Source of the DNA: Desulfomonilia bacterium
Lineage (GTDB): Bacteria > Desulfobacterota > Desulfomonilia > UBA1062
Direction of reading: 5' to 3'
DNA length: 64,000 bases
NCBI GenBank assembly: GCA_050014195.1
Contig: JBEKDT010000002.1
Location: 128,001-192,000, forward strand
Part shown: one piece after another, positions 1 through 10,617 of the stretch
Layout: each line of letters opens with the position of its first letter
Numbering within the stretch: the stretch's first letter is position 1
Program-made: the position numbers and the translations under genes
Notes under the pieces: generated by a model
What the model saw: only the letters and a program-made list of their open reading frames with translations
The model's database searches: none
Told to the model about the DNA's origin: nothing

Positions 1-194
1 GGATTTTCCCTGACCCGTCACCTAACTGATAAAAAACTATACCTAAGTTCTAGACTGCTTCATATGATTATTGTAATAGAGAATCCAAAAGTGTGCCGCT
101 CCATGTTGTCTTGAATGCCAAATCCGGTTTTATAAATGCGGCAGGCTTTTCTAGAGATGTCGTACAGAACATAGGACAGTTGGAGGTCAGATAC

Positions 195-2264
195 ATGTCA
201 ATAAATTCGGAACTTGATGAGCGCTGCATCAATACCATCCGCTTTCTCGCAGCAGATGCCATCCAGAAAGCAAACTCAGGCCACCCGGGCCTTCCGCTGG
301 GCGCAGCCCCCATGGCTTATGTGCTGTGGACCAAACACTTGAAACACAACCCTGCCAATCCCCGATGGGTGGACAGAGACCGCTTTATCCTGTCCGCAGG
401 CCATGGATCAGCTCTCTTATATGCCCTGCTCCACCTTACAGGTTACGATCTGCCCTTAAGTGAGCTCAAGAAGTTCCGGCAATGGGGCAGCAAGACCCCC
501 GGACATCCTGAAAACCGTATTACTCCAGGTGTTGAAATTACCACCGGCCCTCTTGGCCAGGGAATATCGAGCGCCGTTGGAATGGCTATGGCCGAGGCGC
601 ATCTGGCCTCGGTGTACAACCGCCCGAACCATACAATCATGGACCACTACACCTACGTGCTCGCCGGCGACGGCGATCTCATGGAGGGTGTGGCCTATGA
701 GGCGTGCTCACTTGCAGGCCACTTGGGACTTGGAAAACTCATCGTACTCTATGACAGCAACCGCATCTCGCTGGCCGGTTCGACCGAGTTGTGTTTTACT
801 GAAAACACGGAGATGAGGTTTGAGGCCTGCGGTTGGCATACCCAGCGTGTCTATAACGGCAACGATCCGACTGACATAGACATGGCGCTCCTATCGGCCA
901 AGGAAGAAAAGAGCAAACCATCACTCATCATCGTAGATACGATGATCGGTTTTGGAGCTCCGAACAAGCAAGGTTCCTACAAGGTCCACGGCTCCCCGCT
1001 GGGTGAGGAGGAGCTCCGTCTTGCAAAGAAGTCTTCGGGCTGGGACGAATCCAGGCAGTTCTTTGTCCCGGATGATGCAAACTGGCACTTCCTCAAGGCC
1101 AAAGAGCGAGGTAAAGCCCATGAATCCGACTGGCAACAGGCATTTTTCCGCTACAGCAGGTCTAACCCCGAGCTGGCAGAAGAGTTCAGGCTGAGAATAG
1201 GCGGTGAACTCCCCAAGGGGTGGGATGCCGGACTCTCCGGGCTTTTCAATGACAAAAAGCCCATCTCGACAAGAAAGGCCGGTGAGGTTGTGCTCCAGCA
1301 GCTTGCCCGGAATATACCCGCACTGGCGGGAGGCTCTGCAGACCTGAACCCCTCGACACTCACCTGGATAAAGGAGTGTGGAGACTTCCAAAGTCCCGAG
1401 CTCTGCTGCGATGACGTCCAGGGTATGGTAGGCAAGTGCTGGAATTATGAGGGAAGGAATATCCACTTCGGTGTTCGCGAGCATGCCATGGCCGCCATTA
1501 TAACCGGCATGTCGCTGCATGGCGGTATGATCCCCTATGCATCAACCTTCCTTACCTTCTCCGATTACATGCGGCCGGCCATACGTATTGCGTGCCTGTC
1601 CGGAGTCCGTGCCATCTATATCTTCACTCACGACAGCATCGGCGTGGGTGAGGACGGCCCCACCCATCAACCCATCGAGCACATCATGAACCTTCGGGGA
1701 GTGCCGAACCTTGCAGTCATACGTCCTGCAGATGCTTTCGAGACCTTGCATGCGCTCAAGATTGCGATTAACAGAACCGAGGGTCCCACGGCCCTTATCC
1801 TCACCCGTCAAGACGTTCCTGCCATTGACAGGAATAGATGTGCTCAGGCAAAAGGACTCGAGCGCGGCGGGTATATCCTGTGGGAGTCGGCCAAGACACT
1901 GCCCGGTGTCATCATTCTTTCAACCGGCTCTGAGCTGAGCCTTGCCCTTGAAGCCGCATATGAACTATCGAATGAGAAGATAAAGGTGCGCGTAGTCTCA
2001 ATGCCGAGCTGGGAGCTTTTTGAGAAACAATGCCTTGAGTACCGGGTGAGCGTCCTCCCACCGGAGGTCAGGGCGCGCGTGGCAATCGAGGCGGGACTGA
2101 GGCTTGGATGGGAGCACTATGTGGGGCTGGACGGGGTCATCATCGGCATGGACGGCTTCGGCGCCAGTGCACCTGCAGGCGTGCTCTACGAAAAATTCGG
2201 CATCACTACCCCGGCCATTATTGAAGCGGCAAAAGCACTGGTGAAGAAAAAAGGAAAGAAGTAA
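195..2264 (+). CDS. tkt: Transketolase
   Basis: [16 protein letters not shown] motif, FGVREHAM and [16 protein letters not shown] are present. Start moved to ATG 195 after GGAGG at 182-186. Confidence 0.97.
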   Translation: MSINSELDERCINTIRFLAADAIQKANSGHPGLPLGAAPMAYVLWTKHLKHNPANPRWVDRDRFILSAGHGSALLYALLHLTGYDLPLSELKKFRQWGSKTPGHPENRITPGVEITTGPLGQGISSAVGMAMAEAHLASVYNRPNHTIMDHYTYVLAGDGDLMEGVAYEACSLAGHLGLGKLIVLYDSNRISLAGSTELCFTENTEMRFEACGWHTQRVYNGNDPTDIDMALLSAKEEKSKPSLIIVDTMIGFGAPNKQGSYKVHGSPLGEEELRLAKKSSGWDESRQFFVPDDANWHFLKAKERGKAHESDWQQAFFRYSRSNPELAEEFRLRIGGELPKGWDAGLSGLFNDKKPISTRKAGEVVLQQLARNIPALAGGSADLNPSTLTWIKECGDFQSPELCCDDVQGMVGKCWNYEGRNIHFGVREHAMAAIITGMSLHGGMIPYASTFLTFSDYMRPAIRIACLSGVRAIYIFTHDSIGVGEDGPTHQPIEHIMNLRGVPNLAVIRPADAFETLHALKIAINRTEGPTALILTRQDVPAIDRNRCAQAKGLERGGYILWESAKTLPGVIILSTGSELSLALEAAYELSNEKIKVRVVSMPSWELFEKQCLEYRVSVLPPEVRARVAIEAGLRLGWEHYVGLDGVIIGMDGFGASAPAGVLYEKFGITTPAIIEAAKALVKKKGKK

Positions 2265-2275
2265 GGAGTACATTC

Positions 2276-3364
2276 ATGGGAAAACTTCATGATCTTGCCG
2301 CTCTCGGGCAGGCTGTCTGGTTCGATTTCATTCAGAGATCATTGATCAGCTCGGGTGATCTTCAGGATCTCATCGATCAGGGCGTCCGGGGCGTGACCAG
2401 CAATCCCACTATCTTCGAGAAGGCCATCGCAGGCAGCCATGATTATGATGATGCCTTAAAGAGGCTCGCCAAGGCCGGAAAATCCGTGGATGAGATCTAC
2501 GAGGAGCTCGTACTGCGTGATATCATGCTTACGGCAGATCTTTTCCTGAGCGTATATGTGAGAACCCGCGGGCTCGACGGGTATGTAAGCCTTGAGGTTA
2601 ACCCTGCACTTGCCTATGATACCGACAAGACTGTTCAGGAGGCAAAAAGGCTCTTCAAAACCTTGGGCAAGCCCAACGTCATGATCAAGGTCCCTGCAAC
2701 GGATGCCGGCATTCAGGCCGTTGAAGCACTCATCGCAGACGGGGTGAACGTGAATGTGACCCTGCTCTTCTCCGTGAACCAGTATGTAAAGGCTGCTGAG
2801 GCCTACCTCTCCGGGTTGGAAAAGTATCTGGCAACAGGTGGTGACATTGCTAAAGTCGCTTCCGTTGCCTCATTCTTTGTGAGCCGGGTGGACACTTCGG
2901 TAGATGCAGAACTCGAAAGGCTTGGTAACAGAAATCTGTTAGGAAAGGCCGCCATTGCCAACGCAAAGATTGCCTATGCGCGTTTCAAGGAGATCTTTTC
3001 GGGACAGCGCTGGGAGCGGCTGGCAGGGAAAGGTGCACATGTTCAGCGGGTCTTGTGGGCAAGCACCGGCACGAAGAACCCCGGATACCCCGATACCCTT
3101 TATGTCGATAAGCTTATCGGTCCCCATACGGTGAACACCTTGCCGCCCATTACCCTAGGCGCCTTCCTCGACCATGGTCATATCGCATCCTCTCTCGATT
3201 CCCGCCTTGAACAGGCTGAGGAGGAGATTAACGAACTCATGAAACTTGGGGTTGATCTGGATGTAATCACCGGAAAGCTTGAAGAGGATGGCGTCAGGCT
3301 TTTCTCCAGGTCATTTGAATCACTTTTGAACAGTATAAAAAATAAGAAGAATGAGGTTTCATAG
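2276..3364 (+). CDS. tal: Transaldolase (long, actinobacterial/cyanobacterial type)
   Basis: GVTSNPTIFEKA, MIKVPAT (Schiff-base Lys), ASFFVSRVD and LWASTGTK are present; AAGGAG RBS. Confidence 0.96.
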   Translation: MGKLHDLAALGQAVWFDFIQRSLISSGDLQDLIDQGVRGVTSNPTIFEKAIAGSHDYDDALKRLAKAGKSVDEIYEELVLRDIMLTADLFLSVYVRTRGLDGYVSLEVNPALAYDTDKTVQEAKRLFKTLGKPNVMIKVPATDAGIQAVEALIADGVNVNVTLLFSVNQYVKAAEAYLSGLEKYLATGGDIAKVASVASFFVSRVDTSVDAELERLGNRNLLGKAAIANAKIAYARFKEIFSGQRWERLAGKGAHVQRVLWASTGTKNPGYPDTLYVDKLIGPHTVNTLPPITLGAFLDHGHIASSLDSRLEQAEEEINELMKLGVDLDVITGKLEEDGVRLFSRSFESLLNSIKNKKNEVS

Positions 3365-3366
3365 CC

Positions 3367-5067
3367 ATGGCAAAATGTGAGATAAGCCTCGGTCCTTACC
3401 GATCAGCTGTGGACGAAGCCCTCAAAAAGATAGGAAGCAACAGAATTATAGAGCGCATATGGGACATGGACCACACGGTCTGGAAGAAAGAACCCGAAGA
3501 GATCACCAACAGACTCGGATGGCTCAGGAGCCCCATGTCCATGAGGCAGCGCACCTCGGAGCTGAGGGCATTCACCGATGAAGTGCGCTCGGCGGGCTGC
3601 ACACAAGCCCTTCTGCTCGGCATGGGCGGGTCTTCGCTCGCATCAGATACGGTGCGCCAAACTTTCGGAGTCAAGGAAGGATATCTCGACCTGGCTGTTC
3701 TCGACAGCACAGACCCTGCTGCGGTTGCCTATCAAGCCGGGAGGATTGACCCTGCAAAATGCCTTACAATCGTATCTTCGAAATCCGGCACCACAACCGA
3801 GGTGTTATCGTTTTTTAAATACTTTTATAACCGGACGGCTCAAGCCATCGGCAAAGACAGGTCAGGCGATCATTTCATCGCCATTACGGATCCGGGCAAC
3901 TCACTGAACGATCTGGCTCAGAAATGCCGTTTCCGGAAGGTGTTTGCAGGTGATGTAACGATCGGCGGCCGTTTCTCTATTTTGTCCATCTTCGGGCTCC
4001 TGCCTGCCGCCCTCATGGGTTTGGATATCGCACTCCTGCTCGACAGGGCAGTAGCCATGGTTGAGGCATGCGAGAATACGGATGTATCCTTATCCGGGGT
4101 TAATGAAGGCCTGAAACTGGGTGCGGCACTCGGTGCACTTGCACTAAACGGCAGGGATAAGCTCACCTTCTTCATCTCTGAAAAGGCCGCAGGCTTCGGC
4201 GACTGGGTGGAGCAGCTCATCGCCGAGAGCACGGGCAAGGAGGGTAAAGGCATCCTCCCGGTAATCGGAGAGACACCCGACAGCCCTGAACTGTACGGCA
4301 AGGACAGGGTCTTCGTCTCCATGAAGCTCCCGGGAGATGTTGCAGACGAGCCGTCTTTAGGGAAACTCGCGGATATGGGCCATCCAGTGATACGAATCTT
4401 CCTGGATGACATCTATGATCTTGGCGCCCAGTTTTTCCTCTGGGAGTTTGCCATATCCGTGGCTGGAAGCGTCTTGAACATTAATCCCTTTGACCAGCCC
4501 GATGTCGAATCAGCCAAGGTGCTGTCCCGTAAGGCCATGGATGATTACCGGAAGCAGGGCCGCCTGAGCACAGAGGCACCGGCCTTGATCGATAAAAATA
4601 TTTATGTGTTTGCCGATTTACCATCAAGCACCCTGAGGCAGGCCGTGCACAGTTTTCTTTCCGATGCTCCGGATGGCGCATATATCTCCATACAGGCCTA
4701 TTTAAACCCCGACCGGGAGGTTAACAAGGCTTTAAAGTCATTGAGGCTCTGCCTGTTGGATACATACCGCATCCCCACGACGCTCGGTTATGGACCGCGC
4801 TTCCTCCATTCAACCGGCCAGCTCCATAAAGGTGATGCCGGGAAAGGTCTCTTCATCCAGATCACCTGTAACGACGTCCAAGACCTGCCGATTCCTGATG
4901 AAGCCGGCTCCGACAGCTCGTCCATGACCTTCGGCATCCTCAAGGCGGCTCAGGCCATCGGAGATGCGGCAGCACTCAAGGCTGCAGGCAGGAAGCTCAT
5001 CAGACTTCACATCGCCGGTTCCGACATCCCATCGGCGATTGAAGTTATTACTGAGGCTTTGCGTTAG
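3367..5067 (+). CDS. pgi: Glucose-6-phosphate isomerase (type usually fused or linked to Tal)
   Basis: LLGMGGSSL, SKSGTTTE, IGGRFS, QLIAESTGKEGKG, NPFDQPDVE and GPRFLHSTGQLHKG are present. Confidence 0.92.
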   Translation: MAKCEISLGPYRSAVDEALKKIGSNRIIERIWDMDHTVWKKEPEEITNRLGWLRSPMSMRQRTSELRAFTDEVRSAGCTQALLLGMGGSSLASDTVRQTFGVKEGYLDLAVLDSTDPAAVAYQAGRIDPAKCLTIVSSKSGTTTEVLSFFKYFYNRTAQAIGKDRSGDHFIAITDPGNSLNDLAQKCRFRKVFAGDVTIGGRFSILSIFGLLPAALMGLDIALLLDRAVAMVEACENTDVSLSGVNEGLKLGAALGALALNGRDKLTFFISEKAAGFGDWVEQLIAESTGKEGKGILPVIGETPDSPELYGKDRVFVSMKLPGDVADEPSLGKLADMGHPVIRIFLDDIYDLGAQFFLWEFAISVAGSVLNINPFDQPDVESAKVLSRKAMDDYRKQGRLSTEAPALIDKNIYVFADLPSSTLRQAVHSFLSDAPDGAYISIQAYLNPDREVNKALKSLRLCLLDTYRIPTTLGYGPRFLHSTGQLHKGDAGKGLFIQITCNDVQDLPIPDEAGSDSSSMTFGILKAAQAIGDAAALKAAGRKLIRLHIAGSDIPSAIEVITEALR

Positions 5068-5113
5068 AGACATGCCGACCTCGCTTTACCCTCTTCGTTA
5101 GGAGAAGAGTCAC

Positions 5114-6592
5114 ATGGCACATTTTGACTATGACCTCGGGATCATCGGCGGGGGAGCTGCAGGCCTTACGGCGGCAGCGGGTGCTGCACAATTCGGTGCA
5201 AAGACCATCATCATCGAAAAGTCAGGCTTGCTCGGCGGTGACTGCCTGCACTTCGGATGTGTACCGTCCAAGACCCTCCTCCGAACCGCCTCTGTCTGGC
5301 AACTGGCCCGAAGATCCGGGGAGTTCGGCCTGCCGGGGTTAACCCTTCCGCAGGTAAACCTCGGTTCCGTCATGGACCGGGTGGCTGAAGTGATCGATAC
5401 AATCCAACACCACGACTCACAGGAAAGATTCTGTTCTCTCGGAGCGCTCGTCCGTTTCGGAAATCCGGTCTTTGCTGATGACCATGTTGTGGAACTTGAT
5501 GGAGAGCGAATATCGGCCAGGAGCTGGATTATAGCTACGGGGTCTTCTCCTGCCCTGCCCCCGGTCGGAGGGCTGAGCAATACCCCATTCTGGACGAATG
5601 AAACCGTGTTCTCCCAGAGAAAGCTCCCTGAGAGCCTTATCGTGCTCGGCGGAGGGCCCATCGGATGTGAAATGGCCCAGGCATTTAAGCGCCTCGGATC
5701 AAAAGTAACCATAATCGAATTTCTCGATCAGATCCTCGGACCGGAAGATCCTGATGTGGCGGATATCCTCAGAGAACGCCTCATAGGAGAAGGTGTAGAG
5801 ATTCATACCAATACAAAAGCCATTACAGTTGAATCAAGGGACGCCCTCATCCTTCTCACCATAGGCCCGACTCAAGGAGAGGGCACTACACAGATAATTA
5901 AGGGAGATGCCCTGCTCGTCGCTGCAGGCAGGAAACCGAATGTGGATGGACTTGCCCTGGAATCGGCCGGTGTCTTGTATACTGGTAAAGGAATACCGGT
6001 AAATGATCGCATGAAGACGAACATCCCCCACATCTATGCCTGCGGGGATGTGAACGGCGTCATGCCCTTCACCCACGTGGCCGGCTATGAAGGCGGTATT
6101 GCCCTGGCCAATGCGGTCCTGCGCATTCCGCGCAAGGCCGACTATACCAAGGTCGGGTGGTGCACCTACACCGACCCCGAGATTGCGAGTATCGGGCTCA
6201 ATGAGAAGCGTGCACAAAAAGAGGGCACCGCATATAGTGTCATTGAAGAGCGTTTCGATCAAAACGATCGGGCCGTTGCCGCAAGAGAACCGGGGGGCAA
6301 GATCAAGTTGCTGCTGAACACCAAGGGCTCTCCGATCGGTTGCCAGATCATCGGGGCGCATGCAGGCGAACTCATCCATGAATGGATCATTGCCATGAAC
6401 GGAAAAGTGAAACTATCCACCATGGCAGGCACCGTCCACCTTTACCCGACCCTCTCAGAGGTCTCCAAACGATCAGCCGGAGATTTTTTTGCTTCAAGAC
6501 TCTTCTCTGATAAGACCAGATCCATACTCCGCCTGCTCTTCAATCTTAAGGGAAGGGCGTGCAGTGTGAATGAAGAAAGATTGAGTAAATGA
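5114..6592 (+). CDS. FAD-dependent pyridine nucleotide-disulfide oxidoreductase (LpdA/MerA-like family)
   Basis: GGGAAG FAD motif, GGDCLHFGCVPSK redox disulfide, GGGPIG NAD motif and C-terminal HLYPTLSE. No MerA C-terminal Cys pair. Confidence 0.88.
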   Translation: MAHFDYDLGIIGGGAAGLTAAAGAAQFGAKTIIIEKSGLLGGDCLHFGCVPSKTLLRTASVWQLARRSGEFGLPGLTLPQVNLGSVMDRVAEVIDTIQHHDSQERFCSLGALVRFGNPVFADDHVVELDGERISARSWIIATGSSPALPPVGGLSNTPFWTNETVFSQRKLPESLIVLGGGPIGCEMAQAFKRLGSKVTIIEFLDQILGPEDPDVADILRERLIGEGVEIHTNTKAITVESRDALILLTIGPTQGEGTTQIIKGDALLVAAGRKPNVDGLALESAGVLYTGKGIPVNDRMKTNIPHIYACGDVNGVMPFTHVAGYEGGIALANAVLRIPRKADYTKVGWCTYTDPEIASIGLNEKRAQKEGTAYSVIEERFDQNDRAVAAREPGGKIKLLLNTKGSPIGCQIIGAHAGELIHEWIIAMNGKVKLSTMAGTVHLYPTLSEVSKRSAGDFFASRLFSDKTRSILRLLFNLKGRACSVNEERLSK

Positions 6593-6616
6593 GATAGGAC
6601 AATCGAGGAGAGCATA

Positions 6617-7756
6617 ATGTCATTATTCCTGCTCACCATATTCAGCATTTATAGTGCCGTGCACGTCTATGCCTTCTTCAAGGTGAAGGCCGCCTTCCCT
6701 TTTGGGGCCGGTATAGGCATCCTGCTGGGAATCTTTTTGGCAGTCATGACCTTTGCCCCCATTTTTGTCCGGATACTGGAAAGGCATGGATATGAATTTT
6801 CAGCCCGGTTGATGGCTTACATCGGTTACAGCTGGATGGGCATCATCTTCCTGTTTTTCACCCTTTCTCTCTTGACCGATCTCTATCACCTCTTCGTGAA
6901 CGGTGCCGGGCTGATCTTTCGCAAGGACATGGGCCTGCTCACGCCCTCGGCAAGAATCGCCTTTCTCGTCCCCCTCTTCCTTGCCCTTGGCCTGGCCCTG
7001 TATGGATACTTCGCCGCACTGAACATCCGCCCGGAAATGGTCACCCTCAGATCATCCAAGATCCCTGAGGCAATCGGCCGCCTGCGCATTGCACAGGTCT
7101 CAGATGTCCATCTCGGCATCATCGTGCGTGAAGCGAGATTAAGGAAGATCCTCCGGGTGATTAGGGATGCAAACCCGGATATCCTCGTCTCAACGGGGGA
7201 TCTGGTGGACGGCCAGATCGACAGCCTTGCAGGGTTGGCTGAGGCACTTCAGGAGATACATCCCCGATACGGTAAATATGGTATTACCGGGAACCACGAA
7301 TTCTATGCAGGGCTCCCGCAAGCCCTGGAGATTACCAGGAGGGCCGGTTTTACCGTCTTGAGAAACGAGGCCGTGACGGTCGAGGGCATCATCAACATTG
7401 CAGGCGTCGACGACCCTACCGGGAAATCTTTCGGCCTGTCCGGAGGTATGCCGGAAGAAGAACTGCTCTCTTTATTGCCGAGGGATAAGTTCACGCTTCT
7501 CCTCAAGCATCAACCCTCTGTCCGTATAAAGTCTCTGGGCCTTTTTGATCTCCAACTGTCGGGACATACGCACAACGGACAGATCTTCCCCTTCAGATAT
7601 CTGGTACAGCTCTTCTTCTCACACATTGCAGGATGGTATGACCTCCCCAAAGGGTCCCACCTCTACGTGAGCCGGGGAACCGGGACCTGGGGCCCGCCCA
7701 TACGTTTCCTCTCTCCTCCGGAGGTCACGGTGATCGATCTTATCCACGGCCGGTGA
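6617..7756 (+). CDS. Membrane-anchored metallophosphoesterase (YkuE-like)
   Basis: N-terminal TM helices followed by SDVH, TGDLVD, GNHE, HQP, SGHTHNGQ and GTWGPP. Confidence 0.9.
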   Translation: MSLFLLTIFSIYSAVHVYAFFKVKAAFPFGAGIGILLGIFLAVMTFAPIFVRILERHGYEFSARLMAYIGYSWMGIIFLFFTLSLLTDLYHLFVNGAGLIFRKDMGLLTPSARIAFLVPLFLALGLALYGYFAALNIRPEMVTLRSSKIPEAIGRLRIAQVSDVHLGIIVREARLRKILRVIRDANPDILVSTGDLVDGQIDSLAGLAEALQEIHPRYGKYGITGNHEFYAGLPQALEITRRAGFTVLRNEAVTVEGIINIAGVDDPTGKSFGLSGGMPEEELLSLLPRDKFTLLLKHQPSVRIKSLGLFDLQLSGHTHNGQIFPFRYLVQLFFSHIAGWYDLPKGSHLYVSRGTGTWGPPIRFLSPPEVTVIDLIHGR

Positions 7757-7883
7757 ATGGTGACTATAAGGAGGTGTTCACCTTTTTTGTTTTTTTAATT
7801 TTTTTATATCAACTGAACACATAAGTCTTGTCTGTATGACATTAAAACTTAATTATTACTATAAATCGAAAGGGAGGTAAATA

Positions 7884-8426
7884 ATGGCACGTGATCCCAG
7901 GGATACGAAAAAGAAAAAGGTGATCGAGGTGCTCAACAAGGCCCGGTCTATGGAGCTGCAGGCTATCTATCAATACATGAACCAGCACTATAACCTGGAC
8001 AACATGGATTACGGGGATCTGGCACTGAAGGTCAAGCTGATCGCCATCGATGAGATGCGCCATGCCGAGATGTTTGCCGAGAGGATCAAGGAGCTTGACG
8101 GTGAACCCACCGCAGATGCTGCCGCAAAGGTCGAAAAGGGGCAGAAGATCGAGGCGGTCTTTCCCTTTGATGCCAAGCTCGAGGATGACACCATCGATAT
8201 TTACAACCAGTTTCTGCTGATATGCCGGGAGAACGGCGACAGTACGAGCATGAAACTCTTCGAGACCATCATTGATGAAGAGCAGATCCATTTCAATTAC
8301 TTTGACAATGTCGCGGATCACATTGACAAGCTCGGTGCAGCCTTTCTCTCTCAGATTGCAGGGACTCCGGCCGATACCGCGACACCGGCCCAGGGCTTTA
8401 TTGCAACCCAGGGCGGCGGTGCATAA
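7884..8426 (+). CDS. bfr: Bacterioferritin
   Basis: Ferroxidase ligands ELQAIYQY, DEMRHAE (includes the heme-ligand Met), LEDD and DEEQIH; GGAGG RBS. Confidence 0.88.
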   Translation: MARDPRDTKKKKVIEVLNKARSMELQAIYQYMNQHYNLDNMDYGDLALKVKLIAIDEMRHAEMFAERIKELDGEPTADAAAKVEKGQKIEAVFPFDAKLEDDTIDIYNQFLLICRENGDSTSMKLFETIIDEEQIHFNYFDNVADHIDKLGAAFLSQIAGTPADTATPAQGFIATQGGGA

Positions 8427-8506
8427 CTCAACATGCCCTGCTGAATCGTTTCTCTAAACGGTTAATCAGAAAGGCTCTGAGCATGAAATAAATTGAAAGG
8501 ACTAAA

Positions 8507-9007
8507 ATGAGTCATTCGACGGGGCATTCTATGCATGAAAAGGCGTTTCAGGAGTACTATCCGGACCGCCTGAGCCATTGCTATGGATGCGGCCGCCTCA
8601 ATGAGCACGGCCTCCATATCAAGAGCTACTGGGATGGAGATGAAAGTGTGGCGCTGTTTACCCCGCAGCCTTATCACATTGCAATCCCCGGTTATGTGTA
8701 CGGCGGGTTGATTGCATCCCTCATAGACTGCCACTCAACCGGCACCGCATCTGCTGCGGCATACCGGGAAGAAGGCCGCGAAATGGGGACTGAACCAGCC
8801 ATAAGATTCGTAACCGCGTCATTGCACGTGGATTATCTGCATCCTACTCCGTTGGGAGTGGAGCTTACACTCAGGGGAAAGATAAAGGAAATCAAAGGGC
8901 GCAAGGTCATAGTGACCGTCACGGTCTCTGCCCGGGGAATTGTGTGCGTGCGGGGTGAAGTGGTAGCCGTAAAGATGCCCGAGCATATGAATCCTTTAAT
9001 GGAATAA
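8507..9007 (+). CDS. PaaI-family thioesterase (hot-dog fold)
   Basis: CYGCG motif, YGGLIASLIDCH and VTASLHVDYL. Alternative start at 8531. Confidence 0.85.
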   Translation: MSHSTGHSMHEKAFQEYYPDRLSHCYGCGRLNEHGLHIKSYWDGDESVALFTPQPYHIAIPGYVYGGLIASLIDCHSTGTASAAAYREEGREMGTEPAIRFVTASLHVDYLHPTPLGVELTLRGKIKEIKGRKVIVTVTVSARGIVCVRGEVVAVKMPEHMNPLME

Positions 9008-9039
9008 AGGTATTCTCAACAAATAGGGAAAAGGAATCT

Positions 9040-9255
9040 ATGGGGCTGTTTAAAATTGATTTTCAGCTTGTCGTCATTACCGCAATTGTGTCTCTCGTTG
9101 CAACAGTTGCAATCGTCTTTATGATAAACATCATGCAACCGGGATTAATTGTTCTAAAAGGAGGAACCGCCCTTTTCATATATATAGGAGTTTTTACCGC
9201 GAACCTCATCATAGAAGCTGCCCGTCAACGCTCCGAGAGAAATAGAAAGATGTAG
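9040..9255 (+). CDS. Small two-TM membrane protein, hypothetical
   Basis: 71 aa with two hydrophobic helices and a basic C-terminal tail; AAGGA RBS. Confidence 0.6.
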   Translation: MGLFKIDFQLVVITAIVSLVATVAIVFMINIMQPGLIVLKGGTALFIYIGVFTANLIIEAARQRSERNRKM

Positions 9256-9341
9256 TATGCATATCTGAGTTATTCATCCATTGAATAAAAAGGCCTTGGC
9301 TCCTTCATATGATCACTATGCACGCATTTCACAGTCACTAT

Positions 9342-10331
9342 TCACTTTTTCTGATCACTCATTACTGCCTCCACCTGCCTGTGGATATACTCCTTGAAGT
9401 CCAACTTTTTTTTAATGATCCTTCTTATGTCCGATCGTTTGAGCCATCTGGTGTATAGCCAGATCCATTGCTCCGGGTGTTTCCTGACTATCGAAGCCAC
9501 CCAAGACTGCATGAAGTCGCTCAAAGCCTGGATGGCATCATACCCCTCTCCGAAGTACCCGGGATCCATGGCCTTTTCGAAACAGATCCGATGAGTTCCG
9601 TTCAGCTTCACGGTGTACAGCGGCAGCACCAGGGCATTGCCCTTGAGGGCGATGAATGCAGGCCCTGGGTTGGTGATGGCAGGCAGACCGAAGAAGTTAC
9701 ACAAAAGTGCCCTTTTGCCCTTGGTCCGCAGGTCCACCATCATGCTGATGATCCTCCCTTTCTTCAGTTCCCTGATGAGCATGAGGGCCTTGCCTTTGGG
9801 CGGCAGGAAGGTGATCCCCGAACGGGAGCGTATCTCGTGTATGATGGATTCAAGCTGCGGATCCTTGCGTAGTTCTGCCATGTGGCAGAGCTGAATGCCG
9901 AAAAGCCTCGGGACATTCGAGAGAATCTCCCAGTTCCCGATGTGGCCCATGAATATCATGATGCCCCGTTTGCTTGCCAGGGCCTCGTCCAGGTGCTCTT
10001 TGCCCTCCACCTCGACGCGAGCATTGATCTCAGCATCGCTCATGTAGGCATATCTTATTGCATCCACCAGGATCTCTCCCTGGTTTATGAATACCTTCAG
10101 CACTATGTACCAGACATGCTTAAGCCCGAGCGCTGCTTGCATTTGGATGCTGGCAATCTTTCGGTGGAACGGATCTACAAGCCAGGCGATTACGCCGAGA
10201 GACCGGAAAAAATTGAGAACAAAGGAGTAGGGCAGGTATCGGATAAGCCAGATCAAGACAAGGAGCATATGATATTTTATTTGTTGCACAATGGCGGAGA
10301 ATAATTTCATGCCATTAAAGGTTTGTTTCAC
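9342..10331 (-). CDS. Lipid A lauroyl/myristoyl-type acyltransferase (LpxL family)
   Basis: GHIGNWE catalytic motif, FFG motif and PEQWIWLYTRW at the C-terminus. Start uncertain. Confidence 0.85.
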   Translation of the reverse strand: MKQTFNGMKLFSAIVQQIKYHMLLVLIWLIRYLPYSFVLNFFRSLGVIAWLVDPFHRKIASIQMQAALGLKHVWYIVLKVFINQGEILVDAIRYAYMSDAEINARVEVEGKEHLDEALASKRGIMIFMGHIGNWEILSNVPRLFGIQLCHMAELRKDPQLESIIHEIRSRSGITFLPPKGKALMLIRELKKGRIISMMVDLRTKGKRALLCNFFGLPAITNPGPAFIALKGNALVLPLYTVKLNGTHRICFEKAMDPGYFGEGYDAIQALSDFMQSWVASIVRKHPEQWIWLYTRWLKRSDIRRIIKKKLDFKEYIHRQVEAVMSDQKK

Positions 10332-10617
10332 GTCTAATGCCCTTTCCTCTCTGCTTTAGGACACGCCTTTGAGGTCTTTCGCCTGAGTGAGTATAAATGT
10401 CCTTTTGCGAACCGTGTCTTGTTCAGCCACTTTTCAGCGCAAAAACGCCAATCAGTGGGAATCTATATCTTTTTCTTACCATCGCATTTTTCAAGTCTTG
10501 CCCTCTTCCTAGTTTATAGACCCTTGTGCAATTAACTCATTTAGATATCTGACCCCAATTTACCCAATCTCTCTGGCTCCGGAAGCTGTATTTCCTCTAC
10601 AAATCCGGTTTATTGAA

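Noticed and set aside
5114-6592. Mercuric reductase merA or true lpdA
   Set aside because: No C-terminal Cys pair or mer genes, YPT replaces the LpdA HPT motif, and there are no dehydrogenase-complex neighbours.
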